A DNA stretch of 64,000 nucleotides, from assembly GCA_963754925.1 (NCBI GenBank), contig CAVWHX010000004.1:352001-416000 (forward strand), written 5' to 3'. The notes below the pieces were generated by a model, which saw only the letters and a program-made list of their open reading frames with translations, did no database searches and was not told the origin of the DNA. Source of the stretch: an uncultured delta proteobacterium (GTDB lineage: Bacteria > Myxococcota > B64-G9). The position numbers and the translations under genes are program-made. Below are positions 48,788 through 59,515 of the stretch, one piece after another. Numbering within the stretch: the stretch's first letter is position 1; each line of letters begins with the position of its first letter.

Positions 48788-49192
48788 AATGAAAAGCTTT
48801 AACAAGTAGGCGCCGTACTGTTTGCCGACGGTATAGCTCTGTGCACCGATGATAACCATGCCGACGAGAAACACCACCCAGGCAAGGCCATAGGCCGCCG
48901 GTCCCCCGATCGCAAGAATAAGCGGCTCGCCAAAGTAGGCCGATAGCACTCCGCAAACCGCCACCAAAGGCCATCCCACCACATAGCTCACGGCGATGAG
49001 CGAAAGCCCGACTACCACCCGCGGCGTTGGTTTGCGACGAAAGACGTCTGGCGTTCCCGAAAGCCGTAGTGCCCGGGTGCCCGTCTTCGTGCTTGCCAGA
49101 CGATCGGCGACGGCTGTGAGCGATTTCGACATTGCAAACCCTACCAACACCGTTGCGACTATACAACATAGCTTTTCGTTTCTGCTCGTCAA
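48704..49192 (-). CDS. Small membrane protein
   Basis: Two to three hydrophobic helices; start uncertain. Confidence 0.6.
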   Translation of the reverse strand: MTSRNEKLCCIVATVLVGFAMSKSLTAVADRLASTKTGTRALRLSGTPDVFRRKPTPRVVVGLSLIAVSYVVGWPLVAVCGVLSAYFGEPLILAIGGPAAYGLAWVVFLVGMVIIGAQSYTVGKQYGAYLLKLFIERYQSQRENRSSEIKSGSSSNNSSTDK

Positions 49193-49370
49193 GTCGATAC
49201 TGACCTTGCATGAGACTAGTGCTTTTGCTAATTTAAAGCACGATGCGAATTAATCACGATTTCCCAATGGCAGAAGGTGTTGATCATCCTGAATAAAGGC
49301 CGGGCCTATGATCGGTTCTCTGTTCGCACCCTTGGCCACGAATTCCTCATCAACGTTGCGCGGTGCGCAC

Positions 49371-50096
49371 GTGAACCATTCCATAGCTGTTGTCATACCG
49401 GTCTACAATCACGGATCTCGCGTGAGAACCGTTATTGAGAAAAGTCTGCTTCTGGGGTTTCCCATCATTGTCGTCGATGATGGCTCCACCGATGAGACGT
49501 TTTCGATCCTCCGATCGATTCCGAGCATCACACTTTTGCGACATGCCGTGAACAGGGGCAAAGGTCAAGCGCTGCTCACGGGAATGTCGGCAGCGTCCCA
49601 GAATTCGGACTATGTGCTGACGATCGACGCCGATGGTCAGCACGACCCCGCAGATGCGCGTTCTCTCATCGCCGCTCTTGACAACGCAGTCGCCCGTCCC
49701 ATCGTCGTTGGTCGGCGTGAACAAATGCTGCATGATTCCTCAATACCGTGGACAAGCCGATTCGGCCGCAATTTCTCGAACTTCTGGATCCGAGCCTCGG
49801 GAGGACCGAATCTTTCGGACACGCAGAGCGGGTTCAGGCTCTACCCCATTCCCGAAACGCTTCGCTTGAAGACTCATGGCAAACGATTCCAGTTCGAGGT
49901 TGGCGTGCTGGTGCGGGCTCACTGGAAGGGTATCCCCATCATCGAAGCGCCGATCACGGTGGACTACCAGCTACGGGGCCAGCGTATTTCCCATTTCCGA
50001 CCCGTTGTGGATTTTTTCCGCAACAGCCTTGTCTTCAGTTCGCTGATTGCGATGCGGTTGCTCATTCCGAAATTCGTACGGCGCCGCTGGTGGTGA
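49371..50096 (+). CDS. GT2 glycosyltransferase
   Basis: VIPVYN, VDDGSTD, NRGKG, DADGQH, DTQSGFRLYP. Confidence 0.92.
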   Translation: MNHSIAVVIPVYNHGSRVRTVIEKSLLLGFPIIVVDDGSTDETFSILRSIPSITLLRHAVNRGKGQALLTGMSAASQNSDYVLTIDADGQHDPADARSLIAALDNAVARPIVVGRREQMLHDSSIPWTSRFGRNFSNFWIRASGGPNLSDTQSGFRLYPIPETLRLKTHGKRFQFEVGVLVRAHWKGIPIIEAPITVDYQLRGQRISHFRPVVDFFRNSLVFSSLIAMRLLIPKFVRRRWW

Positions 50097-50102
50097 CGGA
50101 AT

Positions 50103-53100
50103 ATGCTCAGGCTTCTTAGCTCGATCCGCTGGGGGGGGTTCCTATTGGTTGTGTGTCTTGCCGCGGGCATGCTCTATTATTGCAAGACCCACTTAGCCCT
50201 GATCTCCAACATTATATCCCTGCTGCCAGGACAGGATCCGGCAATCGCTGACGCTCAGTACGTTTTTACAACCTATGCCCCGCATGACGTAGTCGTCATT
50301 GACATCGGGCTCGTGTCCGAGCAGGGCACAACCGATGACCTGGTACACACCGCCAATACCCTGAAGAATCAACTTCAGAAAAGCGGTCTATTCACCTCGG
50401 CCGGCAATGATGAAGTTGCGGTCGCCATGCCAGAATTGTATCGGCATGTCGTCGACCATCTTCCCGTCCTTTTCACCGCCGAGGAGTTAGAACGAAACGT
50501 GGCACCATTGCTGAATGCGGAGGAAATTCGCAGCGCGCTTCGGCGTGACCAAGAGCAACTCGGGACGATGGAAGGGATAGGCCAAGCGGAAGCCATTGGC
50601 AAGGATCCGCTTGGCTTGCGGAACCTGGTCCTTTCACGGCTTTCGTCACTCAATATATCACCAGGGGCGCATATCTATAGGAACCATATTATCTCCGCGG
50701 ATGATCGACATCTCCTCCTCATTGGTCATCCGGCTGGATCAGGAACCGACACGATAACCGCGAAGAAGTTAGCAGAACTGATCGAGCAGCTCGACCGGCA
50801 GAATGCCGCCGATACCGCCGCTCAGGGGATTTCGATACAGTTCACGCCAATCGGGGCGTATCGAGCATCCCTTGATAATGAGGCGATCGCCCGGCGCGAT
50901 ACTGAACGTGCGACCCTTTGTTCCACCATCGGCATTGGTGTGCTCCTATTGCTCAGCGCGCCGAGGCCCCTGTTTTCCCTGCTCGCGCTGATGCCCGCAT
51001 TATTCGGCACGATCGCAGCGCTTTTTACCATGGCGCTGGTGAGGGGCTCCCTCTCGATCCTCACCATCGGATTTGGCGGTGCGGTCATATCCTTTACGGT
51101 GGACTACGGTATCATTTTCATACTGTTTCTGGTGCGCCGGGAGGATATGCGAGGGCGGACCGCCGCCCGGGAAATATGGTCAGGGGGAGTGATCGCCACA
51201 CTCACCACCGTGGGTTCCTATGTTGCACTGCTGCTCACCTCGTTTCCGATCTATCGCGAGATAGGTATTTTTGCGGCTCTTGGGGTAGTGTATTCTTTCT
51301 TTTTTGTACAATTTATTTTTCCCAAGATTTTTCCCTTCATGCCAGGTGCACGCTCGACGATTAAGCTGCCCTTTGAGCGGTTGTCACGGGCGATGTACCG
51401 CAGCTCCGGCAGGGTAAGTGCAACACTGATGGTCACCGCCTTCATCGGCATGACATGGTATATGCACCCAACCTTTCAAATCGATATCAACGCCATCAAC
51501 ACCGTGACCAAGCAAACCCTTGAAGCCGAGACCACTATAAAGCGCCGCTGGGGAGACCTGTCGCGTAGGGGGTTCGTGCTCATCGAAGACGCAACCGTCG
51601 GCGGTCTCTTGGAGCGGTCGGATCGCCTTACGGGATTTCTCGTAACGCAACTGCGCCACGGCGCGCTCGCCGACGTTTTCGGCTCCTCAATGGTCTGGCC
51701 GGGAAAGACGATGGCGGAAAGCAACCGCGCCGCATGGTTACGCTTTTGGAGTAGTGAGCGCCTCAAGCGTTTTGAGGGTGATTTTTTACGGGTCGCGGAT
51801 GAGTTGGGCTTTTCGGCGGATTTTTTTGCGGCGTTTCATCGCTCGATTGAAGCGCCCCCACGAGAAGAGTTGCCCATGCCTTCAAGCCTCTTCCCTCTTC
51901 TCGGCATCAAGACTCGACCGGGGGGCGGCTACATGGCAGCCGTGCAGTACCTGCCGAGCACATCGTACAACGCCGAGAACATGTACTATGACATCGCTGA
52001 AGGCGGACTCGGCAGGATGCTCGACTTAAAATGGTTTTCACAAAGGCTCTCGACGGTCATCGGCGACACCTTTACGACCATGCTCATCATCGTGGGAATA
52101 GTCAATCTGCTGATGCTTATTGTCTATTTCATGGATCTGCACCTCATTCTCTTGGCGGCCATGCCCGTAGTTTTTGCGCTGATCGCAACCCTCGGAACCC
52201 TAACGCTCATCGGTCAGGCGGTCGATGTAACGGTCATCATCATGGCAATCGTCAGCCTGGGCATGGGAATCAACTATGGACTCTATTTTATTTGCTCGTA
52301 CCAACGGTACCGCGATGATCGCGGACCCTTCTTCGAGTCGATCGTGCTCGGCGTCTTTCTGGCTGCCACGTCTACCATAATCGGCTTCGGCGGCATGGCG
52401 CTATCGGAACATGCGTTGTTGCGCAGCGCCGGTGTGATCACGATGCTGAGCATTGGTTACTCCATGCTGGCGGCTTTTTTCTTGGTTCCCGTCTTTTTGC
52501 GTCGAATGTATGCCTCGTCGTTCTCTATTGAGGCGATTGCTGAACCCGGCTCCCGGCAGCATCACCGTTTCTTCCGCAAACGGTATCGCCATGCGGAAAC
52601 ATCACCGCGTATGTTTGCATGGTTCAAGACGAAGCTCGACCCCATGTTTCCGGGCCTGGCTCGCAACGTACATCCGGGGGATCGTATCCTCGACATCGGC
52701 AGCGGTTATGGCGTACCGATGGCCTGGCTTGCGACCTGCCGCCCGAACCTCCGTATCGTCGGCGTCGAGCCCGATTACGAGCGCGCACGGATAGCGAATG
52801 GAGCGCTACGCGGTAACGGTTCCGTCGTATTGGGCGCTGCACCCCTGCTTCCCGAGACCGTCGAACCGTTCGATGTTGTATTCATGATCGACAGCGCCCA
52901 TTACCTTTCGAATGAGGCGTTTGCGGCAACGCTGCACGGCGTCTACGAGCGGCTGCACCAGAACGGCCGGTTCATCCTTCGGGCGACCGTGCCATCCGCC
53001 CGAGGCGTTCACTTCTACCGATGCCATGAAGTGTTACGCCAGAAGTTGCGCGACATTCCCTGCTACTATCGTCCAGCAGCTGAAATCAAAAACGCCCTGG

Positions 53101-53204
53101 AACAAGCGGGATTTATGATAGAGCGCATAGCGCCCGCAGCGCCAGGCCGAGAGGAGACTTGGTTTTATGCGCGACCAGGTCCCGAGCAAAGGCGTACGCC
53201 GTGA
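50103..53204 (+). CDS. MMPL/RND exporter fused to a class I SAM methyltransferase
   Basis: Two TM bundles with VDYG/INYG motifs; C-terminal ILDIGSGYG, GVEPD and REETW. Confidence 0.85.
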   Translation: MLRLLSSIRWGGFLLVVCLAAGMLYYCKTHLALISNIISLLPGQDPAIADAQYVFTTYAPHDVVVIDIGLVSEQGTTDDLVHTANTLKNQLQKSGLFTSAGNDEVAVAMPELYRHVVDHLPVLFTAEELERNVAPLLNAEEIRSALRRDQEQLGTMEGIGQAEAIGKDPLGLRNLVLSRLSSLNISPGAHIYRNHIISADDRHLLLIGHPAGSGTDTITAKKLAELIEQLDRQNAADTAAQGISIQFTPIGAYRASLDNEAIARRDTERATLCSTIGIGVLLLLSAPRPLFSLLALMPALFGTIAALFTMALVRGSLSILTIGFGGAVISFTVDYGIIFILFLVRREDMRGRTAAREIWSGGVIATLTTVGSYVALLLTSFPIYREIGIFAALGVVYSFFFVQFIFPKIFPFMPGARSTIKLPFERLSRAMYRSSGRVSATLMVTAFIGMTWYMHPTFQIDINAINTVTKQTLEAETTIKRRWGDLSRRGFVLIEDATVGGLLERSDRLTGFLVTQLRHGALADVFGSSMVWPGKTMAESNRAAWLRFWSSERLKRFEGDFLRVADELGFSADFFAAFHRSIEAPPREELPMPSSLFPLLGIKTRPGGGYMAAVQYLPSTSYNAENMYYDIAEGGLGRMLDLKWFSQRLSTVIGDTFTTMLIIVGIVNLLMLIVYFMDLHLILLAAMPVVFALIATLGTLTLIGQAVDVTVIIMAIVSLGMGINYGLYFICSYQRYRDDRGPFFESIVLGVFLAATSTIIGFGGMALSEHALLRSAGVITMLSIGYSMLAAFFLVPVFLRRMYASSFSIEAIAEPGSRQHHRFFRKRYRHAETSPRMFAWFKTKLDPMFPGLARNVHPGDRILDIGSGYGVPMAWLATCRPNLRIVGVEPDYERARIANGALRGNGSVVLGAAPLLPETVEPFDVVFMIDSAHYLSNEAFAATLHGVYERLHQNGRFILRATVPSARGVHFYRCHEVLRQKLRDIPCYYRPAAEIKNALEQAGFMIERIAPAAPGREETWFYARPGPEQRRTP

Positions 53205-54122
53205 CCGGGTGGTTGTACCAGCTCTTGAAAGTACTGGGCCGGATTTTTGGCCTGTGGATGGCGCGGGTCGTGGCACGGATCATCGCCTGCGGCTATTTTA
53301 TGTTCGCCCGTACGCGGGTACGAAACAGCCTGACTTTTTACCGGGCGCTCTTTCCCGGTCAGCCTGGATGGCGTTATTACGTGCATGTCTTCAAGCAATT
53401 CCAGGCATTCTCCCGTCTGTATATTGACCGCCTTCGTTTCCGGCAGCGAAAGCGGCCTTCACTATGCAACTGAAGGTGATGAGTTTCTACAAGCGCTCTC
53501 GCGGGAGAATACCGGGTGCGTGTTTCTGATGTCACACCTGGGCAACTGGGAGGCGGCGGCACGCTGCTCCCTTGCGCAGGGCCACCGTCTCATGATTTAC
53601 ATGGGCCGCCGTGAAACTGAGCACATCGAGCATGAGCAAAAGCAGGATCTCATTCATGCGGGAGTCAAGCTCGTGACCGTCAGCGACTCGGAATCCTCGC
53701 CCTTCGACCTCATCGATGGCATGGGGTTCATTCAGGATGGCGGTTTCGTCGCACTGCCCGCTGATCGGTTCTGGACTTCCCAGCAACGGGAGGTGCCGGC
53801 TACCTTCCTGGGGCGCCAGGTGGTGTTACCCGCCGCCCCGTATGCCCTGGCGCTGGCGACCGGTGTGGCCGTGTGCGCGTTCTTTTGTATCCGGACGAGC
53901 TCCGGAACGTTTAAGATCATGTTTACCGAACCGCTCACCCTCCATGCTACGACTCGCGAAGAACGTGAGACGATGATTCAAGCCGGAGCTGCCTACTACG
54001 TGCGTGAGCTTGAGAGGATGCTGAGACGGTATCCACACCAATGGGGTACCTTTGCACCGTTCCTGGGAGAGCCAGTAATCCGATTGGACGGAACTAATCC
54101 CGACACCAGTGGTGGTATTTGA
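53201..54122 (+). CDS. LpxL-like lipid acyltransferase (1-nt insertion ~53431)
   Basis: SHLGNWE, DR, FLG...P..P and YPHQW motifs; GTGA overlap with the MMPL stop. Confidence 0.85.
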
Positions 54123-54964
54123 TGCCGGGACGCTCGGTTGATTGTCGATGGGCAACGCACATGCGTTTTGTTAACAAAGACCTCATATTTCTCTTGATGG
54201 CATTACTGATGGCCGGGGTTCTGGCCGCTCTTAATCCATGGCTCATGCTCGTGCCCCTGATCGCATTTGCGACTTTACACGTTACCGCCGCATTTCTTCC
54301 CGGTTTGAGCTATTTTTTTCCAGTCGTCAGCCATGGACCACGCTCGAGAACCGCTGTTGCGTTGAGTTTTGACGATGGACCGCATGCCGAGACGACACCA
54401 CGGCTGCTCGATCTCTTGGATCGCTATAATCTCAAGACAACCTTCTTCGTGACCGGCGTGGCTGCCCAGGCTCATGCGGATCTGATTACAAAAATCCTGC
54501 AACGGGGCCATGATATCGGGAACCACTCTATGCACCATGATGTGTTTTTAGCATTGCGCCGTCCGTACCGTATTGATCGCGAGGTCGGCGATTGTCAGCA
54601 CGAGCTCATGGCTTTCGGTGTTGAACCACTGGCTTTTAGACCGCCGGTTGGAATAACACCCCCGTCGTTCGCCGCGGTTCTTGCGCGGCACGGTCTATAT
54701 TGTCTCGCTTTTTCCTGCAGGGCAAACGACTGGGGCAACCGATACATTAAGAACCTGAGCACTAAGATTCTTGCCCGAGCACGGTCTGGCGATATCGTCC
54801 TGTTGCATGATAGGCCGGTCCGACCCCCGGCAACCATGGACGAGTTTCTCTCCCATATCGAGGTAATCATCACGGGCTTACGGGCAAAGGGACTGGACAT
54901 CATCCCCCTCGCTGAACTCATTGGCAGACCGGTAATGAGAAAAACGGTGACATCATATACCTAA
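54119..54964 (+). CDS. Membrane-anchored polysaccharide deacetylase (CE4)
   Basis: LSFDDGP, GNHSMHH, FRPPVG, IVLLHD. Confidence 0.9.
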   Translation: MMPGRSVDCRWATHMRFVNKDLIFLLMALLMAGVLAALNPWLMLVPLIAFATLHVTAAFLPGLSYFFPVVSHGPRSRTAVALSFDDGPHAETTPRLLDLLDRYNLKTTFFVTGVAAQAHADLITKILQRGHDIGNHSMHHDVFLALRRPYRIDREVGDCQHELMAFGVEPLAFRPPVGITPPSFAAVLARHGLYCLAFSCRANDWGNRYIKNLSTKILARARSGDIVLLHDRPVRPPATMDEFLSHIEVIITGLRAKGLDIIPLAELIGRPVMRKTVTSYT

Positions 54965-55126
54965 TCAGCATGGTGCAGCTTTGACCCAGTATCTTGTGCA
55001 GGCACTTTCTTAAGTGTTGACTTGGTGTTGAGTTCGATTAAATTAGCCTTCACGGCTTTCTCGTGTGATCAGCGATGGTTTCAACGTAACGCGCACAGAA
55101 ATGGAATCCAGATAGGAGATTTACGA

Positions 55127-55384
55127 ATGCCGCAGCATGACTCCGCGTCAATCATCTTGAAAGTGGCCGAAATCATCATCAACGAGCTTAAACTCGAAGA
55201 CATTACGCCGAAAACGTTCGAACCCGACCTCGACCTTATTGATGAACTTGGCATTGACAGTATGGACCTGACGGCCATTGTCCTGTTTTTGCAGGATGAG
55301 TTTGGCGTAACCATCAATGAAGACGACTATCCAAAGCTCAAAACACTGCGAGCCATCGCCGGCTACATTGAGGAGAGAATCTGA
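55127..55384 (+). CDS. Acyl carrier protein 1
   Basis: LGIDSMD phosphopantetheine site; AGGAG RBS. Confidence 0.9.
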   Translation: MPQHDSASIILKVAEIIINELKLEDITPKTFEPDLDLIDELGIDSMDLTAIVLFLQDEFGVTINEDDYPKLKTLRAIAGYIEERI

Positions 55385-55501
55385 CACAATACGAAGGCCC
55401 GTCGCGCTACCACCTCGTTGCTTGCAGTTCCGGCATCGTTGGCTGGCGCACAAGCTACTTGACCAACCATTTCAAACCAACGGATAAAAGGTTTCGCTAC
55501 C

Positions 55502-55768
55502 ATGCCTGACCACGACCAGCTTTTCAACGAACTCGTACGAAAGTTCAGAGAAACTCTCAATCTCGAGCGCCTCCAGAATGCTCGCATCGACTATGCCACG
55601 CAGCTTATTGGCTCCGATTTGGGCATCGATTCCATCGATATTCTCGAACTCGTCATGATGCTTGAGAAGGACTATGGCGTGAAAATAGACAACAAGGAGA
55701 TGGGGCAACGAGTATTTCAGACCTTTGAGACACTAGTGGAATTTGTTGCTCAGAACCGTATCAGATAG
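55502..55768 (+). CDS. Acyl carrier protein 2
   Basis: LGIDSIDILE, APE-type ACP. Confidence 0.9.
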   Translation: MPDHDQLFNELVRKFRETLNLERLQNARIDYATQLIGSDLGIDSIDILELVMMLEKDYGVKIDNKEMGQRVFQTFETLVEFVAQNRIR

Positions 55769-55776
55769 AAGTTATA

Positions 55777-57939
55777 ATGCGTTTTCAGCGGGTCTTCGTC
55801 ACGGGAATGGGTATCGTAAGCCCCGGCGGATGTAACGTAGCGGACATTCTCGATTCACTGCTGGTCGGCAAACGTTGTCTTAAACCGCTGACCCTTTTCC
55901 CGCTTGCACGGGGAACTCCCCTGCCGGTAGGAGAAATCGATCAGGTTAATACCGACTCGACGATGCCGCGCACGCACACCCTGGCACTCAGGGCGGCTCG
56001 AGAAGCCGTTGCGCAGGCGAGCCGCATACCGGATGCGATCATCGTTGGGGTAACAACGGGCGGCATGTCGTTGACCGAGGTACGGTTTAAATCAAACGTG
56101 TCCGATCCGACGGCGTATCGCTGGCATGGTTTCGGAACGGTGGCCACCTATGTTGCCGAACAGATTGGCTGCCTAGGGCCGGCGCTTACGGTATCCACCG
56201 CGTGTTCAAGCGGCGCGGCAGCTATAGCCCTTGGCCTGGCATGTATCAGGTCCGGCATCGCGCGTTGCGTCCTCGCTGGCGGCGCGGACGGACTCTGCCG
56301 CATGACCTATCACGGATTCAATAGTCTGCAGCTTATCGATCCTTCGGGAGCTCGGCCGATGGACCAGCTCCGCAACGGTATGTCCCTGAGCGAGGGGGCC
56401 GGCATGCTGGTGCTCGAGTGCGGCGAAGAAGCCCCCGAGTCGGCATGGGGAGAGCTTTGCGGGGCAGGCCTGTCCTGCGATGCCTACCATCCGGCCGCAC
56501 CACATCCCGAGGGAGAAGGCGCGGTTCGTGCCATGCGCGAGGCACTGCACGATGCGGGCGTCGATCCTGCTGCGGTCGGCTACCTTAACCTGCATGGCAC
56601 GGGAACGAGGGATAATGACGCCGCCGAGGCGAAAGCCGTAGCGACCGTATTCGGTCCGGCGGGGGTGCCGGTATCTTCGGTCAAGGGTGCGCTTGGACAC
56701 TCCCTTGGCGCCGCAGGCGCTATCGAGGCTATCGTATCAATCCTGGCTTTGCACGAGGGATTCCTTCCGCCAACCGTTGGCTGCACCGTGCCGGATAGCT
56801 CTTTTTCGCTCGCGTTGGTACAGCAGACACAGAAAAAAGACCTTTCGATTGTCGCCTCAAATTCTTTCGGTTTCGGCGGCAACAATGCAACACTCGTGTT
56901 GAGCAAGCCGCGATGCACTACTCCGGCTATCCGAAAGCTACGTCGAAATACCTTATCCATTGTCAACGCCGTATGTGTATCAGGTAAGGGATTGACCGAT
57001 GAGACCTTGAGAGCATTTGAAAATGGAAAGAGTATCAGTGGTCAGCTGCCGACTGAAACCGTATCGGCCGGCCTCCCACCGGCGCACCTGCGGCGGCTCA
57101 AACGCATTTTTCATTTGACTCTCAAACTGGCCGTGGAGGCCCAGGCTGCGGCCGGAATAGGTAGCCCCAATGCGATAGTGCTCGGCAGTGCCTGGGGTGC
57201 GCTGACAGAGACCCATGACTTTCTCCATAAACTTTTCTCGAGCGATGAACAGTTCCCAAGCCCCACGGATTTCGTCAACTCGGTGCACAACGCGCCCGCT
57301 GCTCAGGTCGCCCTGTTGCTTAAGGCATACGGGCCTGCGATCACCGTAACCGGCGGTCCGACGTCTTTCGAGCAGGCGCTGCTGACTGCGAGCGTGATTG
57401 GCCACGAGGGCAAGAAGATTTTGCTCATCGGCGTGGACGAGTGGCACCCGGTGCTCTCGCCGCTGTTCGATCCCTGCGCGACTCCCGCGTCCGACGGCGG
57501 CGGCGCGTTTGTTCTCGAAGTCGGCTCACGCCCAGGCAACCTGCAGCTCGATCCGATCTTTTATCAGGGGTACCATGTCGAAGCGATTGAGTTTCTTATT
57601 GCGGCGCTCGGCGGCCCGCGCGCAGTGAACGAGCGCGCTGGGGCAATTCTTGCGGGCCTCCCGAAGGGTTGCGCGCACGATGCGCACGATCAGTGCAAAC
57701 GTTTTGTTGAAAAGACTTGCTTTGCCGGCCCGGTGATCGATTATCGGAACTACACCGGTCATCACGGCAGCGCAAGCGCAGTGGCTGCCGTGATGGCGGC
57801 TCGTCTACGAGCCGCGGGAAAACTCACGGCCCCTCTGGGCTCGGGCGTCACTGTCGAGCTCGGCGATCGGGATCTTTTATTACTAGGATTTGGCGATGTC
57901 GTCACTGCCGTCGCCATACGCGGCGGACGCACCCGATGA
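55777..57939 (+). CDS. Ketosynthase - chain-length-factor fusion
   Basis: TACSSG, HGTGT, GHSLG triad; C-half with RRLKR and SPTDFVNSVHN lacks the catalytic Cys. Confidence 0.88.
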   Translation: MRFQRVFVTGMGIVSPGGCNVADILDSLLVGKRCLKPLTLFPLARGTPLPVGEIDQVNTDSTMPRTHTLALRAAREAVAQASRIPDAIIVGVTTGGMSLTEVRFKSNVSDPTAYRWHGFGTVATYVAEQIGCLGPALTVSTACSSGAAAIALGLACIRSGIARCVLAGGADGLCRMTYHGFNSLQLIDPSGARPMDQLRNGMSLSEGAGMLVLECGEEAPESAWGELCGAGLSCDAYHPAAPHPEGEGAVRAMREALHDAGVDPAAVGYLNLHGTGTRDNDAAEAKAVATVFGPAGVPVSSVKGALGHSLGAAGAIEAIVSILALHEGFLPPTVGCTVPDSSFSLALVQQTQKKDLSIVASNSFGFGGNNATLVLSKPRCTTPAIRKLRRNTLSIVNAVCVSGKGLTDETLRAFENGKSISGQLPTETVSAGLPPAHLRRLKRIFHLTLKLAVEAQAAAGIGSPNAIVLGSAWGALTETHDFLHKLFSSDEQFPSPTDFVNSVHNAPAAQVALLLKAYGPAITVTGGPTSFEQALLTASVIGHEGKKILLIGVDEWHPVLSPLFDPCATPASDGGGAFVLEVGSRPGNLQLDPIFYQGYHVEAIEFLIAALGGPRAVNERAGAILAGLPKGCAHDAHDQCKRFVEKTCFAGPVIDYRNYTGHHGSASAVAAVMAARLRAAGKLTAPLGSGVTVELGDRDLLLLGFGDVVTAVAIRGGRTR

Positions 57940-57954
57940 CCACGAAGGAATGTG

Positions 57955-59515
57955 ATGCACCACGATAGCAAGAACATGTCCGCTGAGGGCTTGGTTATCG
58001 GCGAAGGCCCCATTCCCCTCCGACGTATTGTTTCCGTCGCGGCCGGTAATGGGTTTGTGCGTATCAGCAACAACTCTGACTTCCTGCAAAAGATTAATGC
58101 TTCCCGTGAGAAACTCCATGCTGCGCTCACCGCGGGGGTACCGATCTATGGCGTCACCACCGGCTATGGTCAATCGTGCGGTAACCGGATAGACGCGCTC
58201 GCCGCAGCAGAATTGGGGAACAATCTTATTCGATATCATGGCTGCGGGACTGGTGATCTCCTGCCAATCGGCAGAAACCCGTGCCGCGATGCTCTGCCGT
58301 TTGGTGAGTCTTGCCCAGGGATTTTCAGGTGTGTCGGAACAGCTCCTTCAGCACCTTGCCGCCTTGATAAATGCCAACATCACCCCGCTTGTTCCGTCGA
58401 TCGGTTCAGTCGGCGCCTCGGGTGATCTTACCCCGATGTCCTATATTGCCGCAGTATTACAAGGTGAGCAGAGGGTGCAGTACCAAGACCGCACTATGAT
58501 GGCGGCCGAAGCACTGCAACTGGCCGGACTTACGCCCTACCGGTTTGGCTACAAAGAACAACTTTCGACGCTCAATGGCACTTCGATTATGACCGGTATA
58601 GCCGCTACCGCGGTTGAGCGCAGCCGGGTGCTGCTGCAGGCCGCCTCGGTGGCGACGGCATGTTCACTGCATGCGCTGGCTGGTCATGTGCAGCAGTTCC
58701 ACCCGACGCTCGTCAATGCAAAACCTCACCCGGGCCAACAGCGCATCGGATCGCTCCTGCGCAGCTTGCTCCACGGCGATCGGGACGTGCATGAATCGTC
58801 GACCGATGAAACACTCCAGGACCCTTACTCGATCCGTTGCGCCCCGCAGATTTTAGGTGTCCTTGCCGATGGTCTTGATTGGATCGGTCGGTGGGTGGAG
58901 AACGAGATAAATAGCTGCAACGACAACCCGCTTACCGATCCGAATGGCGGTATGCTCATGGGCGGCAACTTTTATGGCGGCCATATCGCCTTCGCCATGG
59001 ACAGCCTTAAAAACGCACTCGCCACGGTGGCTGACCTGGCGGACCGTCAAATCGCTTTGCTGGTGGATCAGCGATTCAGCCGCGGCCTGCCCATGGGGCT
59101 CACGGTCGCCAACACCGGCGAGAAAGCGGTGCATCATGGGTTTAAGGCCATGCAGATCACGGCCTCGGCGCTCTGCGCAGAAGCGCAAAAGAATACCATG
59201 CCGGCGATGTCATTTTCCCGCTCCACCGAATCGCACAATCAAGACATCGTTAGCCAGGGAACGCTCGCCGCGCGCGACGCCAGTCGACAGTGCCTGTTGG
59301 TTGGAAAAGTGATCGCGATCGGTTTGTTGGCGGCGGTACAAGCGTGCGAGATCCGCGGCAAGCTCGACGCGCGGCCACAACTTCAGCTCATTGCTAAAAA
59401 GATACGGGCGCTCTCGCCGGTCGTGCTCGTCGATCGCCCGCTCGACAAGGATATTGACGCAATTGACGAAGCCCTGGGCACCATCTGCTCGGGGCTTGAG
59501 GACACCAACGGATGA
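57955..59515 (+). CDS. Aromatic amino acid ammonia-lyase (HAL/PAL family; 1-nt insertion ~58270)
   Basis: IYGVTTGYG, GASGDL (MIO), NGT, QDPYSIRC, DNP, GGNF, NQD. Confidence 0.9.
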
